Shown here one piece after another: positions 11,899 to 23,662 of a DNA stretch of 64,000 nucleotides. The DNA is from Asterias rubens (lineage: Eukaryota), in contig NC_047079.1 in assembly GCF_902459465.1 (NCBI RefSeq), forward strand, positions 4,216,001 to 4,280,000, written 5' to 3'. Position numbers and translations under genes: made by a program. The notes beneath the pieces are model-generated. The model was not told the origin of the DNA, did no database searches, and saw only the letters and a program-made list of their open reading frames with translations. Position 1 is the first letter of the stretch. The number at the start of each line of letters is the position of its first letter.

Positions 11899-12113
11899 TA
11901 GTCTTGAAGTCAAGACTGTAATTGTTAAGCGCGGTGTGTAGTTACAGCGCGGTGTAGCTACGGGGACGATACACACACCCTCGATCCCAGTATGTGTGTG
12001 TGTGTTAGAGCTGCCTCGCGCTACCTACGACTGTTGCATGTGTAACATCGCACTGTGACTGTTGCATGAAAGGCAGACAAATAGGTAGCGCCTAACGACT
12101 TGTCATCAAGTTT
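11899..12113. mobile_element. Unclassified insertion with a terminal hairpin; a reverse copy of its end lies at 1-100
   Basis: Absent from unit A; possible 5-bp TSD ATGTT; hairpin AGTCTTG-AAGT-CAAGACT. Positions 11900-11996 are the reverse complement of about 1-100. Confidence 0.55.
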
Positions 12114-12428
12114 ATGTTGGGTTTTTTTAACTGAAAAAAAACCGCTAGACTGGTACCCCGTCTTTATCTTTAAGGATACGCACGGGTATTGTCTTTATGT
12201 ACTGCATAGACGATGTGACCTCTGACGTCACTCGAAAACCATAACATGATTCGCGCGCATACTGCCGGGCAAAACCTTTGTGTTTTGGCAGCCAGCTTTA
12301 GTGTATGCAATCGTACCATAACTACGCATCTTTTTGCCCGTCGCATCTTCTAAACACATGTAAGTCAGAATTAACTGCGAATATCCAGAACCATAAAGAC
12401 AATGTGTCTGAATGGGAGGTCAAAGGTG

Positions 12429-14801
12429 AAATCGAAGTACTACACTAACCACCTCTCATCCGCTGACACTAGACTGTGTTTAAGACGCTTAACACGTTGT
12501 TAAATCGCTCTGTTGTCTCCCTACCTTCGAGTGACTCAATGAAGTCACTTAGTAACCGTTTTTGCAACTACTTCAAGGAGAAGATTACTAAAATCAGGCA
12601 ATCCATCAGATCTTCTCTAAGTGACCCAAATGTCCAACAGGCCGAATCACAACACCTGACTGAACACCGCACTTCATCTGGTGACCGGGGTTTCTCTGCT
12701 GCAGGGCCTACTTTGTGGAACCGACTACCCTACAATATACGCCATTCATCTTCATTAGCAGCCTTCAGAAAAGCTCTCAAAACCTATTTATATGACTCTT
12801 AATTTTGTTGTATGTTTATCTTGTTTTTTCTTTCTTTCTGTGTAAAGCACTGTGATACATTTTTTGTAAGAGCGCTTTATAAATGCCTTTGTAGTATAGT
12901 ATAGTATAGTATCCATAGACGTGGGCTCAACTGCAGATCTGTGACGTCAGATGTTCAGACTAATCCAGTCGTGCACTTTGGCCCAGCCATAACTCAACAA
13001 ATCAGGCAATCCATCAGATCTTCTCTAAGTGACCCAAATGTCCAACAGGCCGAATCACAACACCTGACTGAACAGTGTTGCCCTAATGTCCAGCCCCAGA
13101 GCTCACAGACTTCTCTCTCCTGAGCCCAGATGAGGTTGCTAAGCTTGTCATGAAGTCTCCCAGTAAATCATGTGGTCTCGACCCATTGCCCACATGGCTC
13201 CTCAAGAAGAACTTGGACATTATGCTGCCTGCTCTGTCATCAATTGTGAACACATCCCTGTCTGCTGGATCATTTCCTTCTTCCCTGAAACCAGCCATAG
13301 TCACACCCATTCTGAAGAAACACAACTTGGACTGTAACAATCTTAAGAACTTCAGACCTGTTTCTAATTCAGCGTTTTTGTCTAAGATCATTGAAAAAGC
13401 AGCTCTGTGCAGTGTAAATAACCATGTTTGGAGTAATAATCTCACTCAAATGTATCAGTCTGCCTACAGGTCCGGCCACAGTACGGAGACGGTTCTGCTG
13501 AGAGTCAAGAGTGATATCATGTCTGCTCTAATTGACAATCGGCGGGCTGTCTTCCTGGTGTTGCTGGACCTGTCGGCAGCTTTCGACACAGTTGACCATA
13601 GTGTCTTCTTAGGCAGGTTGTCTAATATCTTTGGCATTAGTGGTAGTGTATGTAAATGGTTTGAGTCATACCTTTGTAATCGCTCCAATAGAGTGAAAAT
13701 TGCTGGTGCTTTGTCTGATCCACAATCTGTTAACTTTGGTTTGCCACAAGGCTCTGTAATTGGCCCCCAATCCTTTTCTTTGTACACTCATCCTGTTGCA
13801 AATATAATCAAGTGCTACAAAAATGTTATGTTTCACTTTTATGCAGATGACACGCAATTGTACATTTCGTTTGACCCTCGTAATCAATGTGAAGTTAATG
13901 ATGCCCTGTCTTCCCTTTCCAACTGTATTCTGAGCATAAAGAAGTGGATGGCAAATAACATGCTTCAGTTAAATGAAACTAAAACAGAGTTCTTCATTGC
14001 TGCAGGTCCCTGTTTCACGGACTTACTATCTTCTGTGACACTTAAGGTTGGCTCTGAAGTAATTCTTCCGGCTTCAACAACAAAGAACCTCGGTGTTGTA
14101 TTCGACCAATCAATGCGCATGTCAAACCAGGTTTCTTCTATATCCAGTGCTGTCAATGTTCACCTTCGCAATTTGTCTCGCATAAGATCTTTCCTCACTC
14201 AATCTGCCTGCCAGGACGCAGTAAGAGCAATTGTCACATCAAGGATCGACTACGCCAACTCTCTGCTTGCAGGTCTCTCCTCCAAAGACACTAAACGGCT
14301 TCAACGTCTACAAAACCGGGCTGCAAAGCTCATTTTCCAGGCCAAGAAATATGACCACGTCTCTCCACTTATCCGTGAACTTCATTGGCTCTGTATTTCA
14401 AAACGCATCCAGTTCAAACTTCTCACAATTGTTTTTAAATGTATCACCGACACAGATGCTCCGCTATATCTCAAAGAACTCATTAATCCGTATGTTCCAA
14501 CTAGAGAAGGACTGCGATCTGCCAAAGATAACAGAGTTCTGATCATCCCCCATTCTCGCACTTCATCTGGTGACCGGGGTTTCTCTGCTGCAGGGCCTAC
14601 TTTGTGGAACCGACTACCCTACAATATACGCCATTCATCTTCATTAGCATGCCTTCAGAAAAGCTCTCAAAACCTATTTATATGACTCTTAATTTTGTTG
14701 TATGTTTATCTTGTTTTTTCTTTCTTTCTGTGTAAAGCACTGTGATACATTTTTTGTAAGAGCGCTTTATAAATGCCTTTGTAGTATAGTATAGTATAGT
14801 A
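12429..14801 (+). mobile_element. Young 5'-truncated L2-clade (CR1 group) LINE with an internal duplication and deletion
   Basis: 511-aa RT ORF at 13150-14685 (LLDLSAAFDTVDH, GLPQGSVIGP, YADDTQLY, NLGVVFD, HVSPLIRELHWL, FSAAGPTLWNRLP) and a (TAGTA)n tail. The empty site is visible in unit A (AAAGGTGA|TTCATAGAC, about 5188). Confidence 0.92.
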
Positions 14802-15834
14802 TTCATAGACGTGGTCTCAACTGCAGATCTGTGACGTCAGATGTTCAGACTAATCCAGTGGTGCACTTTGGCCCAGCCATAACTCAACAAACAGTTGACG
14901 TCAGTGCCTCAACATCTGTCCAATGAAATCATCGGGTTTGCATCACATGTTCTTCTCTGTATAGGTGCGCCCCTCTAAATAAACGCCCATAGCATAGGCT
15001 ATACAGTGAACAATGCTAAATATTCAAAAGTATACATGACAACACTATACTTAGAAGTCTAACAGCTTTTAACAGTAAAGGGACAATTATAAAACTTACT
15101 CTTGAACTTTAATCCTCTGCTCAATTGAATAATAATGGGGAGTCCTGGGCCCATCGAGTTATTCCCCCTCCAAGAAAGACCCCTACACCAGTGAAATAAA
15201 TGTATTGAAATGAATGAAATTAATTGTCCAAACGTCCGAGCATCAATCTTGACAAAAAACCAACAACCTCTAATCATAAATACCTCAGACAGTTTCGTTA
15301 TTTCTATTGGTGGAGAGCGCGGCACGAGGGGTGTTTAAACCTTTGATAATGACCAGTGTTTATAACCGGTTGTGAGCGGGACAGTTTATTCATTCCTATT
15401 GGTCGAGAGCAACGGCTGGAACAGTTGTGCCACATCACGCGATACGCGCGACGCGCAGAGCAATCTCCTTACAACGAGTTGTTTACCCGAGGGCCTTACC
15501 ATTTCATAGCTGGAGGGGTGTTGTGTTGAAAGAAATCATTGAACAATTATAATTTTTGCATTTATTTTACCTTTTTGACCAAAAAGTGTTGATGTTTTTT
15601 GACCGAAATTTATGAATGGGAATCTAAGTGTGTTGAATCGGTTTTCAAATAGTGATTTAAACCCCCGCCAGGGCCTGGTTGTTGATAACATTATCAAGAA
15701 CCAGGCCTCGTTGGGTTTAAACCACTAGTTGAAAACCTCTTCACCACACATTGATTCCCTTTATAAGAGTAGAACAATTAGTTATATAGAGCATAGTGTC
15801 ATCCACTCCTATAAATATACCTACTTCTTTCTAC

Positions 15835-15885
15835 ATTCTCCTGACGATGACTAACTCAATACAAGCTAGTCGAAACGTTGAGAGT
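15835..15885 (+). ncRNA. Minimal type I hammerhead ribozyme of Penelope-like-element type
   Basis: ATTCTC-CTGACGA-T-GACTA(13-nt loop)TAGTC-GAAA-CG-TT-GAGAGT. Intact CUGANGA and GAAA core, 5-bp stem II, 6-bp stem I (one G-U pair), palindromic ACGU stem III, predicted cleavage after GUU (15879). Confidence 0.75.
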
Positions 15886-15940
15886 TCTTAAAAGAACTCA
15901 CTCCGCGGTTACTAGTGGAGTTAATAAAGATCATCTTTAA

Positions 15941-16322
15941 AGACACTGGACACTATTGGTAATTGTCAAAGACCAGTCTTCTCGCTTGTCTGTATCTCAA
16001 CATATGCATAACATAACAAACCTGTGAAAATTTGAGCTCAATCGGTCGTCGAAGTTGCAAGATATTAATAATGCAAGAAAAACCACCCTTGTCACACGAA
16101 GTTATGTGCGTTTAGATGGTTGATTTCGAGACCTCAAGTTCTAAATCTGAGGTCTCGAAATCGAATTCGTGGAAATTACTTCTTTCTCGAAAACTATGGC
16201 ACTTCAGAGAGAGCCGTTTCTCACAATGGTTTTAACGATCAACCTCTCCCCATTACTCGTCACCAAAGTAAGTTTTTTTGCTAATAATTATTTTGAGTAA
16301 TGACCAACAATATCCACTGCCT
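15941..16322. mobile_element. MITE family A copy
   Basis: Same TIRs, TTAA flanks; absent from the homologous position in unit A. Confidence 0.85.
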
Positions 16323-17088
16323 TTAAGCTTAAGTGCCAGCCGATTTTCTAACTTCCGCCCAGGTAGTAGTTAAAAAGCAGGACAGTTCTTTTTAAAATAA
16401 TGAGAAGTCTTCCGAAAAATCCGAAAGTCTACTCCGCGGTAAAATAATATAATTTGTATAGCAAGACAGTTCTTTAAAGACCAAAATCTACACGGCAAGT
16501 AGATATACACTAGTCATACCGCAAACCAAATATTATACATTAAGTCTAGTCTGGGGTCAACTTTATAGAGCTGCTTAAGCAAAGAAATTGCTTAAGCACG
16601 AAACGAGCTCGCTTATTTTTCACATGTTACTGGCAAAAATTTCATGCCATATACATTGCTTGTGACTGATATTTAGCTGTTTGTTTACTAGGATTTGCTG
16701 CTCTTTGCCCTCTCATTGTGATAAAGAACTGCACGATCACGGTGTGTTTGCGTCACTGAGTATAGCAGTGGCCACTGTAGCGTGAAAGGTTCACCCACTA
16801 TAATAATTATTAATAATTAATAATTAATAATTTCTCAAGCACAAAACCTACCTGGCAAATAAATACACACTTGGTGTTACCGCAAACCAAATAGTTATAT
16901 AATAAGTCTAGTCTGGGTGAACTTGTTTGTTTACTAAGACTTTTGCTCTTTGCCCTCTGATTTAGAATTGCATGATCACTGTGTATTTGTGTCCCTGGCC
17001 GGGTATCAGGTTCGGTAAATACAGTGACTCACTGTAGCGTGAACGTTCACCACTTTAATATTTTTACAAATACATCGGAAGTGTAAAA

Positions 17089-20000
17089 ATGGCGTTCATG
17101 AAAAACGCACTGTTAGTGTGTATAACAGCAGTGTTGGTTGTGTACGTACCGTCTCTATGGACCAAGACGCCTCCTACACTTACGGCGGGAACTGTACAAC
17201 CAGGATTCGAACCAGTGCTCAAGGTTTTCAGGTCTTTATAGCCTTTTGTTTCACTATTACCGGTTCTCTTTGGAGACTCAAACGTTCTCCCACGATACAA
17301 TTCTCAAAATCCTACTTTACAGTCATGTTTTGGGTGATTTTGTTTGGGTTTTCTTGTTTGTTCGGTTAACTCCATTATTTTACAGAAAATGGTGATGTGG
17401 TTTGACCCACTCTTTTAATTAGTATGTATTATATTCTTTGTAAACCATCATTGATTGCAGAGAGACACCCGTACATGGACAAAAATGGCTGTTTAAGAGT
17501 CTGCACATATAAAGTTAAAGGCAATGGACACTATTGGTAATTACTCAAAATAATTATTAGCATAAAACCTTACTTGGTAACGAGTAATTGGGAGAGGTTG
17601 GTAGTATAACACATTGTGAGAAACGGCTCCCTCTGAAGTAACGTAGTTTTTGAGAAAGAAGTAATTTTCCACGAATTTGATTTCGTAACCTCAGATTTAG
17701 AATTTGAGGTCTCGAAATCAAGCATCAGAAAGCACACAACTTCGTGTGACAAGGGTGTTTTTTCTTTCATTATTATCTCGCAACTTCGATGACGGATTGA
17801 GCTCAAATTTTCACAGGTTTATTATTTCATGCACAGGATGAGATAAATCAAGTGAGAAGACTGGTCTTTGAAAATTACCAATAGTGTCTACTGTCTTTAA
17901 CAACAAAACATTTTGAAATTTCTTGGATTTAAAACGAACCATGCTAAGTAAAGTGAAACATACAAGCTGGCAAATGCCTGACTACCTCACGCCAGCTGCC
18001 TTACGCTATACATGAGGCCCCCAGTGTGTGTGACCTTTTGCCGATAATTGCGCTGATTTTCGCCCACATCAAGTAAGGATGTTTAAACACACCATACTGG
18101 ATGTGTTGACAACTTGTTTTTACATTAACGGCAGTGCCCCTGCTCCTCTTTGCACATTTTTTTTTTCAGGGAAAATTTTGCCAAGGGAGTGGAGTCGCCA
18201 ACAGGGGGCAGCGCATTCTCTGTTTACTACAAAGGGGCAAAGGTCATTGACCTATGGGGAGGTTACGCCGACACCGAGGCTCTAAGGCCATGGCGGGAAG
18301 ATACTATGGCCATTGTTTACTCGTCGACTAAAGGTAATCAAAAATTGCATTACTAAACTAGAGCAAAGGCAATTAATGTACACCTTTGGTTTTAGAGCCG
18401 TTTGGTTGTTTTGGTCCCCAAAAAGATGTATACAAATGTCACTTTGTGAAGTTTTTAAAAAGGCGGTAGCGTGTATCAGATTTCACCGAAACTGTGTCTC
18501 TGTGTGCATAATTCCGTGAGGGCGCCCTTTATTTAAAACTTGTCACTTTGGTTGTGTGTGATCCAGGAATGGCCGCCACTTGCATTGCTCTACTAGCGGA
18601 TAGAGGTCACATTGACTACGACAAAACCGTCGCATCTTATTGGCCAGAATTCGCTCTGAACGGCAAAGAGAACATCACAGTGCGCATGCTCCTAAATCAC
18701 GAGGTATAAGTATGATTTCGTTGCGTTTCTACTGCCACGACAGAAACAAATAAGCATTTATAAGAACTTGTTACCACTCTCTGTAACTGATATGCCGATG
18801 GCTGCAAAAAGGCGTACAGTGACACTCTGTGCCCAAACCATTCAGATATCATAGGGAAATCTGTCAATTGGAGATTATCCCCCCCCCCCAATTGGAAACC
18901 ATGGGCTGATAGAAAGAGGGAGCTATCAGAGGATGTTTTTACGCAGATCGCCGTGATGGGGACAGAATCTGTCACACAGCCATTATTAGTAGGTTTATTT
19001 TGGTCGTAGTTAGGCCTTAATAAAGGTACATGCCTTTGAATAGAAGATTGATCAAGACGCATTGAGGTTGATGTTTTGGATGTCTGGTTGTTGCATTCAT
19101 TAATTGTGAGAAGTTTCTGTCGTAGTGAGCGTCTCTCTGTATTTTTTATTTCGTGCATTATTATTCCAGGGAGGATTGTCATACACGGATGGACCAATCA
19201 GCTTCGAGCAACTCGCAGACCAGGATGTACTGGGGCAGCTGTTAGCTAAAGAAGCTCCAAAGTGGGAACCAGGCAGTGCCCACGGGTACCACGGAATGAC
19301 GTTTGGTCTCTACGTCAGCCAACTTCTACGGAGAGCTGATCCAAAGCACAGGACACTCGGGCAGTTCTTCAAGGAGGAAATAGCCCAAACTTTTGGTAAA
19401 TGTTGGGTTTATTAATTAACAATATTAAATCTTGATTGGGGTTCCAAATACTACTTTGGGGCATGTCCGGTGGTTAATTGGGGGTTGGGGCATCCTGCGC
19501 TTGATCGCAGGGTCGGGTTCGAATGCCACTTAGAGGAACAGTAGCATATAGTGTAGACTTGGTTTCAAACAGGACTGGGAAAGCCCCGAGTATACAGAGG
19601 AAAAACTTCAAGGTATTATTGATCCCGATGCTGTTATATACTTCATGTATATGACGTCATAAGCTTGAACAGCGCCCCCACTGGGGTTAAAAGAAGAGTT
19701 ATCATTGGCTGAGAATTGTGCAATACTGGGGTATGCGTCTAGAGTGCGTTGCGTCTAGAGTGCGTTTTATGCGACCCCAACCAAAGCCCAACCGACTCAA
19801 CAAGTCGGTTACCGGTTGGTCTGAACAGCATCGATCTGTTTGTAAGTTAGGCCCTATCGCATTTGTATTACAAAAGTACTTTACGGTTAGTTATTAAAAT
19901 CGTCTATATCTTTCCCTTTTTCAGATGTAGATTTCCACATAGGACTGCCCTTAGAGGTCTACCACCGCGTAGCTAGACCTCCGGCTGTAACAGCCTTGTG

Positions 20001-21761
20001 GCAGACCCTATTCAAGGGGCTTACCAGCCCGTTAAACAGACAAGTCATGTGGGCCATGGCTACCGGGAAAACAGACTTCCTGAAAGTTCTCAATATAGAA
20101 TCAATGACACAGGTAAACTAAACCTAACCAATTTCAAGTTGATGTAATTTTTGGTTTAATAGTAGGGGAGGTCTGCTCTACCAGCCAGGCTTCTGATGAG
20201 TGATACCAAAGACTACATTTGTAAAGGGGGTAGCCCTGTTTCAGCCCACAATTGTGACCCACACCTTGAAGTTGCCTTCAGACCTTGTGTGTCTGGCGAC
20301 TTGCATAAACAACTTGTAAAAAAAATTTAAAACAGAATTTAAAAAAATCATAATGAAAACGATCGATTTAATGAAGCAAGGGAAGATCTGCCTGAGCAAA
20401 ACAATATAAACAAATTACCTTTCTCAAAATAACAACCACAGGGGAAACTGACTAATTAAAAGTTACCTTTAGTATGATGTTTTTGCAAATAAAATAAGAC
20501 ATTATCTAATCCCGTTACAGCCCAACGTACCACACAGAGTCACCATGGTCAAGTGGACTTGCAATCACAAGGTTGTTGGCTCGAATCCTACCAAGCTAAC
20601 CACTGATTTCACAACGACTATAGAAAAAGTGTCTTATAAACTCATATTTCTAGTAATTTCCACAATGACTAGAGAAGTGTCTGCTTGTTCTGAATCAGAT
20701 TTCATGATTTAATGACGTTAACCAATGATTGTAGTACAATCACAAGGTTTTGGGCTCGAATCCTACCAAGCTAATCGCTGATTTCACAATGACTAGAAAA
20801 TGTGTCTTCTTGCACAGTTACCGAGGAATCACAATATCTTGATTTTGTGGAATTCATGGCCGTTAAATCAATGTCTTTATGAGTTGTTGCCAGCTTGGTG
20901 TTTATATCCCCAGCGCGGGAGTTTGCCGGAGTTGTGGTGGTTAATATCATACTTTGTGTTTCATTGGAACCAGGCGGAGCACTTTTTGAATCCAGAAGTT
21001 CTAGCCCTCGAGCAGCCGTCTGCATCCGGCATCGGAACGGCCCGGGCCATCGCTAAGGTGTACGGGATGATGGCAAACGGAGGAACAACCAGGGACGGTC
21101 GAAAGTTTCTCTCGGACGGTCTGATCAAGAAATTTATAGGAGAGGCTGAGAAAGTTGCCACAATGGACAGAACCATTGGGCTTAAGATGCTCTTTAATCT
21201 TGGATTCATGATCACTGATGAGGTAAGCTTCAGAGCAAACTAAGTCCATAACAACAAAGATTCAAAACTCTGTATTCGAAATGGTGACCTCGCTTTTGTA
21301 TTAAATGGGTTCACAAGAAGAGGTTTGTTGTTGTGGTGAGATGTTTTTTGTTTGTTCGGTCTAGTTTATTTTTTTCATCTCCTTCTTTGCGTTTACGGTT
21401 TTAGTTTATTTTTTTTATATATATTTTTTAAGATACATTATTTCAGCCACAAAGGTACTTTTGTCCGGACCAAGAATAATTTGTACATGTTCAGTCGTTG
21501 TATTTATTTTTTGTTTCTGTTACAATAACACAAGCGTTGACATGATTTTGAATTCATTTTGTCTTCTTGGCTTTCCAGGGGGAGCAACAATTTGGCCATC
21601 CTGGATCGGGTGGTGCGCAGGGGCGTGCCGATCCAAAATGGCGGATCGGTATGGCATACATAACGAGTTATCCGACCCCCTTCAGTATGGGAGACGACGA
21701 ACGTTTCCTGACTCTTGAAAAAGCAACCTACGAGTGTGTCAAGAAGTTGGAGGCAAAGTAG
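17089..21761 (+). CDS. Beta-lactamase domain-containing serine hydrolase 1 (class C beta-lactamase / family VIII esterase fold, lact-2-like), ~429 aa
   Basis: Exons 17089-17231, 18170-18333, 18567-18703, 19170-19395, 19925-20112, 20974-21222, 21579-21761 total 1290 nt, in phase. Hydrophobic N-terminus; SxxK motif (YSSTK); HGYHG; FGHPGSGG. Confidence 0.9.
17519..17896. mobile_element. MITE family A copy (reverse), hydrolase 1 intron 1
   Basis: TIRs and TTAA flanks. Confidence 0.85.
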
Positions 21762-22189
21762 ATGCATCTAAAAGATGGGGAGTGGACTGAAAGAAGCCCT
21801 TGATAATTGGTAGTCTTGGTGCAAGACGTTTCTCGTTTACCTTTCCCGCACAGTGCGGTCAACACATCAATAGAGCCGGGCCCGCCACGACCACCCGTAT
21901 ACACACGTCTTGCACCAAGACTAGATGATTGGAAACAGACAGTAATTTGTTGGACATCATAAAGCGACCGCAACAAAATTGGGCTACTTTATACACTTCC
22001 GGTTTTTACTGGGGCATATTTTAGTGGTTTTTTTAGTGGTGTCCAAAAGTTTGTTATCAGTATCTAGTTTTGTTGTGTTGCACATAATGTCATTGTCTTG
22101 CACGGTTTTAATAAATAAAAAAAATTAAAATATATATATTTCTTCTATGTATTTTACTAATTCGCCAATAAATCAGGCAAGCTGTTTAA

Positions 22190-22571
22190 AGGCGCTGGAC
22201 ACGTTTGGTAATAATTTTATTGTCAAAGACCAGTTTTCTCACTTGGTGTATCTCACATAAGCATAAAAAACAAACCTGTGGAAATTTGAACTCAATTGGT
22301 TGTCACAGTTGCGAGAGAATAATGGAAGAAAAAGACACCCTTGTCGCACAAAGTTGTGTGCTTTCAGATGCTTGAATTCGAGACCTCAGCTGAGGTCTCG
22401 AATTCAATTCAAATATTTCAGTGATAAATTACTTCTTTCTCAAAAACTACGTTACTTCAGAGGGTATGGTATATTTTATACCATCAACACTGAGCTCCCC
22501 ATTACTCGTTACCAAGTAGGTATTTATGCTAAAGATTTGTTTGGGTAATTACCAATAGTGTGCAATGCTTT
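22190..22571. mobile_element. MITE family A copy
   Basis: Degenerate TIRs, TTAA flanks. Confidence 0.8.
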
Positions 22572-23112
22572 TTAAATACAGAAGCTCCATTTTGAGTCCT
22601 TGGATCCATGTTAGTGTGTTCTTGTACGTTTTTACCAAAACGATTTTTATTTAAGTAGATATTTGCGACAAATCTCAGCTCTTCAACTCGAATTCGAATT
22701 CCATGGGCGTATACAAATTGACACTGCACACTTTGTAGATACCACCGGAGGGGAAAGAACAAAAATATCAAAATTTACACCTGATGGTGTTTAAATAACA
22801 CAAGTTTCTGCCAACAGAAGTGTTATTTTAACACCCTATTATTGTGATAGTTTTCATTGTTCTCTTGAGAGTATGTGTCAACACCCATTGTCACTTTTAC
22901 TACCACCAGTGTTGGCACTAAACACATGAACTCTATTGCCCAATCCTCACTGCACAACATCATCGTTGTATGTGGTGGTCTGGTCACCGCTAACTGTAGA
23001 CTTAATTTCAAGTCTGAGATCGTGATATTCTCTGCATCAGCCACGAAAAAACCCTCCCAGATTAGCTATGATCACGCGCCCACGGGAGGGCGCTATTTCA
23101 GGCAATGATGGA

Positions 23113-23552
23113 TTGGCTATCGGGTATAAGACTGAAAGACACGATTACAGTCTTGAACCAAGTCTACTCGCTCACTCTTGTCTGATTATGACAATGACAC
23201 CAGTCCCCCTATTAATTACAAGGTTGAACCGTTGAGCTCACACTGCTTTGAGTCACAACAATACAGTCAGCTGTCGGGTAGACTAAAAGCCACGATCACA
23301 GACTTGAAACAAGTCTACGCTCACTCTTGCCTTCTATGACATTGACACCAGTCCCCAGTTAAAGTACAAGGTTGAACCGTTGAACTCGCACTGCTTTGAG
23401 TCACAATACATTAAGCTGTCGGGTAGACTAAAAGCCACGATCACAGACTTGAACCAAGTCTACGCTCACTCTTGCCTTCTATGACAATGACACCCCATTC
23501 CCCATGTAAAGTACAAGGTCGAACCATTAAACACACGAGTCACAATACAGCA
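23113..23552. repeat. Tandem repeat, about 3 units of 145-154 bp, upstream of hydrolase 2
   Basis: Units start near 23120, 23274 and 23419 (TCGGGTA.ACT.AAAG.CACGAT.ACAG.CTTGAA.CAAGTCTAC...). Confidence 0.9.
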
Positions 23553-23662
23553 CATGTCAACTTGTTGAACCCAAAACACGCCAGTATATTGAGCAGACGT
23601 GCCTGTGGCCGGGTACGCGGCCATAATTACCAATAACTAAATACTTCAACTGCAGGTCGACC

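Noticed and set aside
1065-17450. Units A and B as uncollapsed haplotypes
   Set aside because: OAS exons 2-4 differ at roughly a quarter of residues in places and carry different introns and insertions, too much for alleles. Only the identical 5' tract needs a read-level check.
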